35,669 bases of DNA. Source: Octopus bimaculoides (taxonomy: Eukaryota). Position 1 is the stretch's first letter. Every line of letters begins with the position of its first letter. Below are positions 1-11,940 of this stretch, piece after piece. The DNA lies in NCBI RefSeq assembly GCF_001194135.2, contig NC_068982.1, forward strand, positions 70,384,787-70,420,455, in the 5' to 3' direction. The translations under genes and the position numbers were made by a program. Under the pieces are notes generated by a model. The model saw only the letters and a list, made by a program, of their open reading frames with translations, did no database searches and was not told the DNA's origin.

Positions 1-54
1 AGGCAATGAAGACAAAAGATAACATGGGAGGGACAGGTTTTAACAAATGTATTA

Positions 55-125
55 GTTTAATGCTTAAAAAAGGAAGAGTCTTGACATTTTGGATGCTAGT
101 TCTTCATCAGAAAAAAAAATAATAA
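55..125 (-). mobile_element. Probable Penelope-like remnant with degenerate hammerhead core
   Basis: Minus strand 110-83 reads CTGATGA-A-GAAC-TAGC-ATCC-AAAAT-GTC, a decayed form of CTGATGA-A-GAAC-TAGC-GTTC-GAAAC-GTC. Confidence 0.45.
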
Positions 126-547
126 AAACAGTGAGAAGTAGTTGAAAAAAAAAGGTTAGGGCCAGGTGATATTGTATACACTGAAGAGCCTCTTCAGATC
201 TGCATGTATTCTATATACTCTACCTGTACTCTCCTTTGGCCCATTGATATTAACAGCTGTCATTTACTCTCCAGTTTATCTGCCTCTTGCTATCTCTCTC
301 TTCCCTATCCTCTCTAGTGCTTGTGCTATGATAAAATGCACCCAGTGCATTCTCAAATGTGATTGGTGTTTTGGAAGGATATTTGGCCATAAAAATCAAG
401 CCAAAAATGAAGTGTATGAGTGAGAAGTGATCCCCTGTCCCATCTAGGAGTACAGCGATGACCCACCCAACCCACACCACCTTGAAGAGAACCTGTAAAA
501 TTAGGACAACTATGATAATTATGATATATACACATATACACACATAC

Positions 548-873
548 GCAGGAGTGGCTGTGTGGTAAGTAGCTTGCTTACCAACCACATGGTTCCGGGT
601 TCAGTCCCAGTGCGTGGCACCTTGGGCAAGTGTCCTCTACTATAGCCTTGGGCCGACCAAAGCCTTGTGAGTGGATTTGGTAGACGGAAACTGAAAGAAG
701 CCCGTCGTATATATGTGTATATATATGTATGTGTGTCTGTGTTTGTCCCCCCCACCATCGCTTGACAACCGATGCTGGTGTGTTTACGTCCCCGTAACTT
801 AGCGGTTCGGCAAAAGAGATCGATAGAATAAGTACTAGGCTTACAAAGAATAAGTCTTGGGGTTGATTTTCTT
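548..873 (+). mobile_element. tRNA-derived SINE (type A), truncated by gap
   Basis: Head GCAGGAGTGGCTGTGTGGTAAG...GGTTCAGTCCC with A/B-box-like motifs and an internal microsatellite. The body recurs at 1855-2078; head and 3' end recur at 24999-25211. Confidence 0.8.
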
Positions 874-1854
874 NNNNNNNNNNNNNNNNNNNNNNNNNNN
901 NNNNNNNNNNNNNNNNNNNNNNNNNNNNNNNNNNNNNNNNNNNNNNNNNNNNNNNNNNNNNNNNNNNNNNNNNNNNNNNNNNNNNNNNNNNNNNNNNNNN
1001 NNNNNNNNNNNNNNNNNNNNNNNNNNNNNNNNNNNNNNNNNNNNNNNNNNNNNNNNNNNNNNNNNNNNNNNNNNNNNNNNNNNNNNNNNNNNNNNNNNNN
1101 NNNNNNNNNNNNNNNNNNNNNNNNNNNNNNNNNNNNNNNNNNNNNNNNNNNNNNNNNNNNNNNNNNNNNNNNNNNNNNNNNNNNNNNNNNNNNNNNNNNN
1201 NNNNNNNNNNNNNNNNNNNNNNNNNNNNNNNNNNNNNNNNNNNNNNNNNNNNNNNNNNNNNNNNNNNNNNNNNNNNNNNNNNNNNNNNNNNNNNNNNNNN
1301 NNNNNNNNNNNNNNNNNNNNNNNNNNNNNNNNNNNNNNNNNNNNNNNNNNNNNNNNNNNNNNNNNNNNNNNNNNNNNNNNNNNNNNNNNNNNNNNNNNNN
1401 NNNNNNNNNNNNNNNNNNNNNNNNNNNNNNNNNNNNNNNNNNNNNNNNNNNNNNNNNNNNNNNNNNNNNNNNNNNNNNNNNNNNNNNNNNNNNNNNNNNN
1501 NNNNNNNNNNNNNNNNNNNNNNNNNNNNNNNNNNNNNNNNNNNNNNNNNNNNNNNNNNNNNNNNNNNNNNNNNNNNNNNNNNNNNNNNNNNNNNNNNNNN
1601 NNNNNNNNNNNNNNNNNNNNNNNNNNNNNNNNNNNNNNNNNNNNNNNNNNNNNNNNNNNNNNNNNNNNNNNNNNNNNNNNNNNNNNNNNNNNNNNNNNNN
1701 NNNNNNNNNNNNNNNNNNNNNNNNNNNNNNNNNNNNNNNNNNNNNNNNNNNNNNNNNNNNNNNNNNNNNNNNNNNNNNNNNNNNNNNNNNNNNNNNNNNN
1801 NNNNNNNNNNNNNNNNNNNNNNNNNNNNNNNNNNNNNNNNNNNNNNNNNNNNNN

Positions 1855-2078
1855 TATATATATGTATGTGTGTGTATATGTTTGTGTCTGTGTTTGTCCC
1901 CCCAACATCGCTTGACAACCGATGCTGGTGTGTTTACGTCCCCGTAACTTAGTGGTTCGGCAAAAGAGATCGATAGAATAAGTACTAGGCTTGCAAAGAA
2001 TAAGTCCTGGGGTCGATTTGCTCGACTAAAAGGCGATACTCCAGCATGGCCACAGTCAAATGACTGAAACAAGTAAAA
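1855..2078 (+). mobile_element. SINE type A body and 3' end
   Basis: Nearly the same as 715-873. Ends CCAGCATGGCCACAGTCAAATGACTGAAACAAGTAAAAGA. Confidence 0.8.
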
Positions 2079-2579
2079 GAGTGAAAGAGAGTACAGAAAA
2101 TACCTAAAGGCATTTAGTCCATTGATGTATTGGTTCTTTCAACTTAATAACATTTATAATAATTGATTTAAATGTGGTGTCTTTAATAGCAACACATTGA
2201 CATTCAGTGACCTCTCTTGACTGGATGAGAAGCAGGTTGAGACAGAAATCATAATAAGCTACATAAGATAGTAGTATCGCTACTATAGTAAAATATTCTG
2301 TACAGTCTGTAAAGTGGTTGATGATAAGCAGAGCATTCAACCATGAAAACTTGCCAGAAATGCAATGTGTAAGCAAAACTTGGTATTTGACTTGTTTAGG
2401 AGGGCAGTAACTCCAAATACAAACTGACTTCGACTGTGATGACCCATCTACCCCATTTCAGCATGAGAAAAGTGGATGTAAAATGATGATGATGATGTTG
2501 ATGATAATCATAATAATCATAAAATTACTTCCCAGTCATTACCATTTGATTCTGATAAAATAAAACCATAGTGAAAGTG

Positions 2580-2895
2580 CATGGCTCAGTGGTTAGAGCG
2601 TTGGGCTTACAATCATGTGGTTGTGAGTTTGATTCCTGGACCGGGCTGTGTGTGTGATGTTCTTGAACAAGACACTTTGTTTCACATTGCTCTAGTTCAC
2701 TCAGCTGTAGAAATGAGTTGCAATGTCTGTAGTGCCAAATTGTATCAGCCTTTGCCTTTCCCTTGAACAACATTGGTGGTGTGGAGAGGGGAGACTGGTA
2801 TGCATAGGTGACTGCTGGTCTTCCACAAACAACCTTACTTGAATCTGTGCTTCAGAGGGGAATTTCTAGGTGCAATCTCATGGTCATTTGTAACT
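2580..2895 (+). mobile_element. tRNA-derived SINE, another family
   Basis: TGGCTCAGTGGTTAGAGC (A box) and GAGTTTGATTCC (B box), followed by a non-tRNA body. Confidence 0.7.
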
Positions 2896-3752
2896 GAAGA
2901 GGGTCTCACAAAATCATAGATGCACATCTTGTAAATATCATGCATAGGAATTCAACAACCTAGTGTCATTTAACATCACTTAAATGCAGTTAGTGTACAT
3001 TGCTCTAGAAAATATTACCACCTGTATATTTAATTGTTGGTTTCATTTCAAGCACATTTCTTTATGCTGTGCTCATTTCTTGCAATTTTCCAGTGTGAAA
3101 ATAAATGTTATTTATTATTTGCACAAGTTGTTGTGCTGTCACATCACCAAAAGTTGGACTTTGGGATTCACTTGTACAATATTACTGGAAATAGATGTTG
3201 TTTCCTTTCTAGGTTTTCTTGCTGCCTAAAAATATTCTCTGCCTGTAATATAGACACAGGCATGGCTGTGTGGCTAAGAAGCTTGCTTTGAAGACATGTT
3301 GACTTGAGTTCAGTCTTATTCCGTGGCACATTGGGCAAGTGCCTTCTGGTAGAACTCCAGGCCAACTAAAGCCTTGTGAATGGATTTTGGAGGCAGAAAC
3401 TAAAAGAAGCATGTTTTATTTATTTGTGTGTGTTTACCCTTCTTTTGACATCATGTAATATTGTAAACAAACATCACTGTCATACAAGCAGGGTTGTTTA
3501 TTTTGAGTTTTCTATGAAAAACATGTCTGACAATGAGGAAATATTATTACCTTGTTTGGAAACAGGTGAGGATTGAGTACGTGAAAGGCATCCAGTAGTA
3601 GAAAATCTAGCTCAGCAATATTTTGTCTGTTCCTTGCAAGCATGATGATGATGATGATGATGATAACTATTAGAATAGGAAGAACATTTAGTAAGTGAGA
3701 GGTGTCAGTGGTTCCAACCTACAAAATATTGCGAATATGCTAACAAATTAAA

Positions 3753-4833
3753 ATCATCATCATCATTTAATGTCCACTTTCCATGCTGGCATGGGTTAGA
3801 CAGTTTGACTGGAGCTGATGATTCGGAGAGCTGCACCAAGTTCCAGTCTGATTTAGCATGGTTTCTACAGCTGGATGCCCTTCCTAATGCCAACCACTCC
3901 AGGAATGTAATGGGTGCTTTTATGTGCCACCAGCATGGGTGCTATTTACATGACACTGACAATGACCATGACTACAATTCACAGGTGGATGCCATTTACA
4001 TGGCACCAGCAATGACTATGATGCACCAGTGTCATTTACATGGCACCAGCAACAGCCATGACAATTCATAGGTGCCATTTGCATGGCACCAGCAACGGCT
4101 ACAACTCAAGGGTGCCATTTACATGGCACCGGTAACAACTACAACTCACAGGTGCCATTTACACTGCGAGTGACCATGATTCCTGAGTGTCAATGAACAT
4201 GGCACCATCGATAATCACAACTACTATGCACAGGTGTCATTTGCATGGTACTTGCATCGACCACAACAATTCACAGGTGCCATTTACATGGTACCATCAA
4301 TAACCATGACTACGATGCACCAGTGACATTTACATGGCACCAGCAGCGACCATAACAATTCATGGGTGCCATTTGCGTGGCACCAGCAACAACTACAACT
4401 CAAGGATGCCGTTTGCATGGCACCGGAAACAACTACAACTCACGTGTGCCATTTATGGGTGCCATTTATACTGCTAATGACCATGATTCCCGAGTGTCAA
4501 TGAACATGGCACAGTCTATGATCACAACTACTATGCACTCGCATTGACCATGACAATTCACAGGTGCTATTTATATGGTACCATCAATAACCATGACTAT
4601 GATGCATGGGTGTCATTTACATGGCACTGGCAACGATCATGACTATAATGTGCAGGTGCCATTTACATGACACCGGCACGGCCACAACTACAATTTTGCT
4701 TGGCCTGATGAGTCTTATCCCACACAGCATATTGCCAGAGCTCTCGATCACTTGTCATCACCTCTGTGAGGCCCAACATTCAAAGATCATGCTTCACCAC
4801 CTTGTCCCATGTCTTTCTGGGTCTTCCTCTTCC
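3753..4833 (-). mobile_element. RTE-type LINE 3' end: ORF2 C-terminus, minisatellite-containing 3' UTR and (GAT)n tail
   Basis: Minus strand 4833-4700 encodes GRGRPRKTWDKVVKHDL*MLGLTEVMTSDRELWQYAVWDKTHQAK, a typical RTE C-terminus. It is followed by a ~40-bp repeat array and the tail ...CCCATGCCAGCATGGAAAGTGGACATTAAATGATGATG. Confidence 0.85.
3935..4692. repeat. ~40-bp minisatellite with palindromic core GGTGCCA-TTTACA-TGGCACC
   Basis: About 17 degenerate monomers. Block ~4066-4340 recurs at ~4361-4630 as a higher-order duplication. Confidence 0.9.
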
Positions 4834-4928
4834 ATAGATTAAAACTCTTCCACAGGTGGAATTAAAAATTTTGAATGCAGCAGAAGCATCTAAGTTTATT
4901 ATTATTATTTTTATTAATGATTATGCAG

Positions 4929-5042
4929 GTGGGCGTGCCATTTATTCACCTCTTAAGAAAGATGGCTGCTTGTCTCCCTCTATCATAAATTCTTTGTTCC
5001 TCCAGTCTGTACCCTGCTCAGTTGAAATGTCTTATCTTGTGG
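4929..5042 (+). CDS. CEP120: Possible additional CEP120 linker exon
   Basis: ttatgcAG acceptor, open 114 nt (GGRAIYSPLKKDGCLSPSIINSLFLQSVPCSVEMSYLV), weak donor GTactt. Phase 1-1 joins 5327 in frame. No recognisable homology because the linker is poorly conserved. Confidence 0.4.
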
Positions 5043-5326
5043 GTACTTTGCAATCTCACCAGTGTTTGTGCCACGTAAAAAGTACTCAGCACACTCTAAA
5101 GTGGTTGGCATTAGGAAGGGCTATCCAGCTGTAGAAACCATTTGAAAACAGATACAGAACTTGGCAGAGCCCTCTGGCTTGTCTTTTCTAGTTAAACTGT
5201 CCAACCCGTTCCATGACAGCATGAAAAAAAAACAAAACAAAGGATGTTAAATGATGATGATGATGATTAATATTGGGAGGAATGTTGTTTAATTTGATCT
5301 TGATCTCTCTCTGAATGTTATTACAG

Positions 5327-5558
5327 CACCATCATCATTGTCATCAACATCAACAATTGTATCATCATCAGCAAAAGCAGTCCCAGCAAAAACAACAACA
5401 ACAACAACAGTAGTTGAAAAGAGCTCCAAGGGTAACAGCGAAAGTTCTTCCCAACCACATGTAGTTATTCCTGCTCAATTCCACCATTTCACATTCTCAA
5501 TTGACCTCACCAGTATTGCTGGCAATCAGATTACAAATATCAGACTGGTTTTTTTACG
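5327..5558 (+). CDS. CEP120: CEP120 exon: Ser/Thr-rich linker and start of third C2 domain
   Basis: Acceptor ttacAG at 5325-5326, donor GTaagt at 5559. Encodes ...PHVVIPAQFHHFTFSIDLTSI...LVFL(R), matching recalled vertebrate CEP120 [20 protein letters not shown]. Phase 1 in, phase 2 out, fits the next exon. Confidence 0.9.
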
Positions 5559-6575
5559 GTAAGTTTACTTTACTTTCAGCTGTTTGTGTTTGAAAGACAA
5601 GGGGGAAAGAATGTGGGGCTAGGCTACAGGAAGTGAATCCTGTGAATTCCATCTGGCCTGTGGAATCATGGAAAAGTGGACATTAAAATGATGATGATGA
5701 TGATGTATCTTCTTTTGTCCTCTTTTACTTGTTGTAGTCGTTGGACTGGGCCATGTTGGGGCACCACCCTGAAGGGTTTTAGTCAAACAAACTGGCTCCA
5801 GTACTTATTTTTCTTTTTAAGACTGGTCTCTCTTGCCAAATCACTAAGTTTTGTGGCTGTAAACAAACCAATACTGGTTATCAAGTAGTGATGAGGAGAC
5901 AAACACACCTGTGCATACACATGCATACACACACACACACACGGAATTTCTGTCTACCAAATTCACTCACAAAGCATTGGTCAGTGCAGGGCTATTGTAG
6001 ATCATATTTGCCCAAGGTGCCATGCAGTAAGATTGAACCCGAAACCATGTGGTTGCAAAGCAGGCTTCTTAACCACCCAGCCATGCCTGCACCTACATAT
6101 ATGTGTGTGTGTGTGTACATATATAATTAGTCTAACAAGAAAGCATGTGTTCTTCTGATAATATCAAAACTGAATGAGAACCCAACTAGAGACAAAATCA
6201 TAATTGATTGTTTGATCCAAGACACATCAAGCCAAGTGAAATTGTAGTTGTGGCCAATGCCAGTGACATGTGAAAGATATCTGTGCCAGTGGCACATAAA
6301 AGACACCTGTGCCGGTGACACGTAAAAGGCACCCAGTACACTCTGTGGAGTGATTGGCATTAGCTGTAGAAATCAAACCAAAACAGACTGGAGCCTGGTG
6401 CAGCTCTCCAGCTTACTGACCCTAGTCAAACTGTCTTACCCATGCCAGCATGGAAAACAGATGCTAAGTGATTATGATGAGATAAATGCTAGAAATATTA
6501 CATTATATTGCATTAATTCATTTCTATGTTGTATAGTGTTTTGTATGAAATAATTTCTATACTTTCTATTTGCAG

Positions 6576-6725
6576 TTATGTATATCCTTTCTTTGGAAGT
6601 GCTGCTCCAATTCTTACTCACCCACCTGTAAAAATATCCAAAGGAACGGAAGTGTTTCTTCCACACTCCTTTTGTGCCTTCGATTTTGCTTCCATGACTG
6701 ACCAGCTTCATGAAACATTTCTCAG
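6576..6725 (+). CDS. CEP120: CEP120 exon, C2 domain
   Basis: tttgcAG acceptor, GTaaat donor. [49 protein letters not shown] closely matches recalled [49 protein letters not shown]. Confidence 0.97.
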
Positions 6726-7538
6726 GTAAATAACTCGCTTTCTAAATGTCTTAAAAGCACCCAGTACACGCTGTAAAGTGGTTGGCATTAGGAAGGGCAT
6801 CCAGCCATAGAATCCAAGCCAAATCAGACTGGGACCTGGTGCAGCTCTTCTGTTTGCCAGCTCTGGTCAAACCACCCAACCCATGCCAGCATGGAAAATG
6901 GACGTTGAAGGATGATGATGATGGCTGTGTGGTTAAGAACCTTGCTTATCAACCACATTGTTTTGGGTGGGTTCACTCCTGCTCTACAGTACCTTTGTTA
7001 AGTGTCTTCTATGGGCCATCAAAAGCTTTGAGAGTGATTTGGTTGACAGAAGCTGAAAGAAACTTTGTGTGTGTGTGTGTGTGTGGAGGTGTGCTTGAAT
7101 GTGTGCTTGTTTCTCCTTGTCTTGATATAACGTAATAGTTGTAAATGTGCATTATGATCATTCAGAGTCCTTCATTTCCAATCTTCTGTGAAAATATGTC
7201 TGGACCATAGAGAAATATTACCTTGCTTGGAAACAAGTTTGGCAAAAGGAAGGGCATTTGGCCATTAGAAAACCTACCTCAATAAACTCTGTCCAACCTA
7301 TGCAAGCATGGAAAAGTGGACTTTAAAACAAGAGAAACACAGATTGGGATATTATTCTTGTGATAATATGGGAATTTTGAGAACATTGCTAATATTTGTC
7401 TTTTATCCCAGTTGCACTTTATAGAATTTTAAGGTGCACATTGTAAATTCCAGACATTTAGTAATTGTTACAGTATCTTTTTTACATTTCTTGTTCTCTT
7501 TTTTTAATACCTTGAGCTTTTCTTTTTTCAATTTGTAG

Positions 7539-7656
7539 TGTACCACTTTTTGTTGAAGTCTGGGAGAGAGATCGGAACCTTTCGAAAGATGTTTTGCTTG
7601 GAATATGTCGTTTGCCGTTAGCAAAAATATTGACTGCTGAGAAAACTAGGATTGTT
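7539..7656 (+). CDS. CEP120: CEP120 exon, C2 domain
   Basis: tttgtAG acceptor, GTaagt donor. VPLFVEVWERDRNLSKDVLLGICRLPLAKILTAEKTRIV versus recalled [37 protein letters not shown]. Phase 2 in, phase 0 out. Confidence 0.95.
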
Positions 7657-7959
7657 GTAAGTGATTGACGTTTGAACAGTATTGACCTTAAAGATTGTAG
7701 AAAAAATATAATAGTAAATTATATATGTATGTTCAATGGTATTTAACACATTTGTGTACACTTGAATGCAGGAAGACCTTTTGCTATGGAAATAGTCTCA
7801 GGAGAAATTTTTTCATCTCAGACAATATGTGTAAAAACATATTGGGCTATGAATAACATCTTTGAATTGTTGGACACAAGCTTTTGCTTTGTTATAATGT
7901 TATCAGCCACAAATACTGAATTCATCTTTCAAAGCCTTATCAGAAGAATATTATATTCT

Positions 7960-8135
7960 ACCACCACCACCACCACCACCACCACCACCACAATCACTAT
8001 GATGGTGATGGACATCATCACCACTATCATCATCTCCTTTACTATCATTTTTGCTAACACATGACCATCACCTATCAGTACTACCATCACAACAACCACT
8101 ATTATCATAACTATCATCATTATCTTCTTCATCAT
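7960..8135. repeat. (CAC)n/(CAT)n trinucleotide microsatellite
   Basis: Direct reading. Confidence 0.9.
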
Positions 8136-8510
8136 GTGTTCATCATTCCATGCTCAAATAAGTTGATTGTGTTTGTAGTATAGCATAACACTGCTTGTCT
8201 CCATCTTGTGTTTTCTCCTTTTGTAAGGCCAGCATCCTAAGATCCAACTGTAGCCCTTCTCCTTCTGTCTTCCTATAACACTGTATCCTCTGTTAGCACA
8301 CATTACTTTTTCCATGCAACTGATGTTTGTTCTTTTGTATTATTGGCTAATATTAGTGCAGTCACCTTTCCTGTATTCATCATAGAATGACTAAACATTC
8401 ATTACATTAACCTCTAACTCCATCTCGAACCACCTGTCACTCTGCTCTCACACTCCAATGAACTTTTTCACCCATCCTTCCTGATCCTCAGTCTCTATTC
8501 TCTCTTATGT

Positions 8511-8595
8511 GGAGGCGCAATGGCCCAGTGGTTAGGGCAGCGGACTCATGGTTTTGATTCCCAGACCGAACGTTGTGAGTGTTTATTGAATGAAA
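8511..8595 (+). mobile_element. tRNA-like SINE head running into gap (similar head at 26890-26968)
   Basis: GGAGGCGCAATGGCCCAGTGGTTAGGG...GGTTTTGATTCCCAGACCG; no complete cloverleaf. Confidence 0.7.
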
Positions 8596-9502
8596 NNNNN
8601 NNNNNNNNNNNNNNNNNNNNNNNNNNNNNNNNNNNNNNNNNNNNNNNNNNNNNNNNNNNNNNNNNNNNNNNNNNNNNNNNNNNNNNNNNNNNNNNNNNNN
8701 NNNNNNNNNNNNNNNNNNNNNNNNNNNNNNNNNNNNNNNNNNNNNNNNNNNNNNNNNNNNNNNNNNNNNNNNNNNNNNNNNNNNNNNNNNNNNNNNNNNN
8801 NNNNNNNNNNNNNNNNNNNNNNNNNNNNNNNNNNNNNNNNNNNNNNNNNNNNNNNNNNNNNNNNNNNNNNNNNNNNNNNNNNNNNNNNNNNNNNNNNNNN
8901 NNNNNNNNNNNNNNNNNNNNNNNNNNNNNNNNNNNNNNNNNNNNNNNNNNNNNNNNNNNNNNNNNNNNNNNNNNNNNNNNNNNNNNNNNNNNNNNNNNNN
9001 NNNNNNNNNNNNNNNNNNNNNNNNNNNNNNNNNNNNNNNNNNNNNNNNNNNNNNNNNNNGCCTCATTCAGTTGAAGGGTCTTTTTCTTTCTCTTGCAAGT
9101 TACTTGATGGCTTCATTAGTGTAGGTGTTAGAAAAACTAGCACCCAATACACTCTGTAAATTGGTTGGCATTAGGAAGGGTATCCAGCAATGGAAACCAT
9201 ACCAAAGCAGACACTGGAGCTCAACATAGTCTTCTAGTTCATTGGATCCTGTGAAATTGTCCAACTTTTGCCACCATTGAGGATAACTGAAATGACTAGC
9301 CTCTCTTTTGACCTTTTGTATTCTGCTTTTGATGCAAATTACCATTGCCCATCCAACAAATCATACTAAATAAATTTCTTTCAGTTTTAGAAGATCTTTG
9401 GCATTTACTGTTGAAATCATACAGTTTTTTTCACATGCTTGATCCAGTTTACTCTTTATGCAAAAGAGAACCCCTTATTATTATTATTAGTAGTAAACTG
9501 TC

Positions 9503-9558
9503 TATGTGTGTATATATATATGTGTGTGTATATACATATATTTATATATATGTGTGTA

Positions 9559-9624
<66 letters not shown>

Positions 9625-9657
9625 TACACACATATATATACACACACACATACACAC

Positions 9658-9692
<35 letters not shown>
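9503..9692. repeat. Compound (TA)n/(TG)n/(CA)n microsatellite
   Basis: Direct reading; it produces the spurious YI/VC/TH ORFs. Confidence 0.95.
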
Positions 9693-9732
9693 TGATTTCT
9701 AAGGTTTAGCCAAATATTCTTTGTCTATACAT

Positions 9733-10009
9733 TTATTTCGGTATCCTGACTGGCCTTCGTGCGGGTGACACGTAAAAGCACCCACTACACTCTCNNNNNN
9801 NNNNTCCTGACTGGCCTTCGTGCGGGTGACACGTAAAAGCACCCACTACACTCTCTGAGTGGTTGGCGTTAGGAAGGGCATCCAGCTGTAGAAACTCTGC
9901 CAAATCAGATTGGAGCCTGGTGTAGCCATCTGGTTTCACCAGTCCTCAGTCAAATCGTCCAACCCATGCTAGCATGGAAAGCAGACGTTAAATGACGACG
10001 ACGACGATA
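9733..10009 (+). mobile_element. Young RTE-LINE 3' tail copy
   Basis: Near-identical to the copies at 10.6-10.9, 11.44-11.76 and 16.72-16.88 kb. Ends in (GAC)n. Confidence 0.8.
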
Positions 10010-10070
10010 CTCTCACCTTCTCTCAAATGACAGTGATTTTAATTATGTGATTTTAATTTATTATCCTCAG

Positions 10071-10138
10071 GATTCATCAAATGGCAATGGCTGGAGACAA
10101 GTGCACAAAGATACCCTTGCAGTGTTTTCAGCGGATGA
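10071..10138 (+). CDS. CEP120: CEP120 exon, C2 domain
   Basis: tcctcAG acceptor, GTaagt donor. DSSNGNGWRQVHKDTLAVFSAD, similar to recalled GSNGEQCWRQTYSESVPV. Phases 0 and 2 fit both neighbours. Confidence 0.88.
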
Positions 10139-10614
10139 GTAAGTTTATAAGTTTATTGCCAAAGTGTTTTTCATCCTTTAGCCTTTCCTCTATTAATTAT
10201 AGCAAAGACTTGACACATCAGTTACAGTAAAAAACATGAATGTATAAGTTAAAGTAAAGACATTGATATATCAAATCATCATCGTCATCGACATCATTTT
10301 AACGTCCATTTTTCCATGCTTGCATGGGTCAGATGAAATTTGTTGAGGTAAGTTTTCTACAGCTAGATGCCCTTCCTGTTGCCATCCTTCACCTGTTTCC
10401 GAGCAAGATAATATTTTCCCATGGAAGATTGGAAACGGACACTGTTTGAGTGGCAGTGACATTTGTTTGCTGCCCTCATGCAACGTCAAGACAAGGACAC
10501 ATTAAAACGTACACACATTTACCTACATAGATACATACATACATACACACACACATATACCTACATACATACACACACACACGCACGCACGCATATACCT
10601 ACATATATATATAT

Positions 10615-10914
10615 AAGACATTTGAGCGAGTTCGTTGCCAGTACCGCTGGACTGGCTCCTGTGCAGGTGGCACATAAAATACACCATTTCGAGCGTGGCC
10701 GTTGCCAGTACCTCCTGATTGGCCTTTGTGCTGGCGGCACATAAAAGCACCCACTACACTCTCTGAGTGATTGGCGTTAGGAAGGGCATCCAACTGTAGA
10801 AACTCTGCCAAATCAGATTGGAGCCTGGTGTAGCCATCTGGTTTTACCAGTCCTCAGTCAAATCGTCCAACCCATGCTAGCATGGAAAGCAGACGTTAAA
10901 CAATGATGATGATG

Positions 10915-10916
<2 letters not shown>
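10615..10916 (+). mobile_element. Young RTE-LINE 3' tail copy
   Basis: Same tail GGAAGGGCATCCA...CCCATGCTAGCATGGAAAGC...GATGAT. Confidence 0.8.
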
Positions 10917-10950
<34 letters not shown>

Positions 10951-11424
10951 TCAACCCATACAAGCATGGAAAAGTGGATGTTAAAATGATGATATATGAT
11001 GGGCTTCTTCCAAGTTCAGTATACCACATCCAATCTCAAGGCTTTGATTGTCCTGGTGCTATAGTAGAAGATACTAATCCAAGGTGTCCTGCATCCAAAG
11101 TGGTACTGAACCTGAAACTATTTGCTTGGGAAACAAACTTCTTAACTAAACAGCCACATCTGCACCTATTAAACCAAGCCTACATCCGTTAAATGGTCTG
11201 TTGAGGAGTCTTGTCCTGTAAGTTATTTGGTGACCTCACTGCTGCTGGTACTACATAAAAAGCACCCAGTGCACTCTGTAAAGTGGTTCATGTTAAGCAA
11301 GGACATCCAGCCAAAACAGCCAGCAGAATTTGGTACGGTGTTCTGACTTGTCAGTTACTGTCAAATCGTCCTACTCAGGCCAATGTAGAAAACTTATATT
11401 AAATGATAATGATGCTGAAAGTTT

Positions 11425-11763
11425 TATGGCACCTGTGCCCAGCGTTGCCTTTCTGGCACTTGTGCCCGTGGCATGTGTAAGGACTTTCAAGCGAGATCTT
11501 GTGTGGGTGGCACATAAAATACACCATTTGAGCGTGGCCGTTGCCAGTACCGCCTGACTGGCCTTCGTGCGGGTGACACGTAAAAGCACCCACTACACTC
11601 TCGGAGTGGTTGGCATTGGGAAGGGCATCCAGCTGTAGAAACTCTGTCAAATCAGATTGGAGCCTGGTGTAGCCATCTGGTTTCACCAGTCCTCAGTCAA
11701 ATCGTCCAACCCATGCTAGCATGGAAAGCGGACGTTAAACGATGATAATGATGATGATGATGA
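11425..11763 (+). mobile_element. Young RTE-LINE 3' tail copy
   Basis: Same tail with more 5' sequence retained; (GAT)n end. Confidence 0.8.
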
Positions 11764-11840
11764 TATAATCTGTTTTATTTTTCATGACAAATTCCTTTAG
11801 AATTTATTGAGCATTTTTGTTTTACTACTTAAATCTACAG

Positions 11841-11940
11841 GGGAAAACATAAAATAGCTACCCTTACTGTGGTTTTGACTCTAGAAGATTGGGGAGCCAT
11901 CCATGACCAACGCATCATATTAAATGACACATCATCTCAG
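11841..11940 (+). CDS. CEP120: CEP120 exon, end of C2 domain
   Basis: ctacAG acceptor, GTaaga donor. GKHKIATLTVVLTLEDWGAIHDQRIILNDTSSQ versus recalled [30 protein letters not shown]. Confidence 0.93.

Noticed and set aside
181-197. Perfect 8-bp dyad CTGAAGAG-C-CTCTTCAG
   Set aside because: Short and isolated; compatible with chance.
715-2010. Similar SINE body on both sides of the 874-1854 gap
   Set aside because: Cannot distinguish two copies from a haplotype or contig-end overlap; not treated as a tandem duplication.
519-2072. Long ORFs spanning N-runs (also at 8.5-9.1, 13.6-14.3, 23.1-24.0, 26.8-27.4 and 32.5-33.1 kb)
   Set aside because: Artefacts of translating assembly gaps.
3935-4692. 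CRISPR-like look (palindromic repeat plus variable spacer)
   Set aside because: The linkers are related to each other rather than unique, the repeats are degenerate, the context is a eukaryotic LINE 3' UTR and no cas genes are present.
4700-4725. Other CTGATGA hits (about 4705, 14866, 19785, 27990 on minus, 30286, 34922)
   Set aside because: No stem II closed by GAAA follows; most lie within mariner or RTE coding relics.
8511-8595. tRNA-like sequences (also at 2580, 24230, 26890 and 33551)
   Set aside because: They have A and B boxes but no complete cloverleaf and continue into SINE bodies, so they are SINE heads and not tRNA genes.
9345-9709. ORFs rich in YI/VC/TH repeats
   Set aside because: Translations of dinucleotide microsatellites.
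9745-9855. Exact ~50-bp direct repeat on either side of a 10-N gap
   Set aside because: Most likely an unmerged contig overlap, not a biological duplication.
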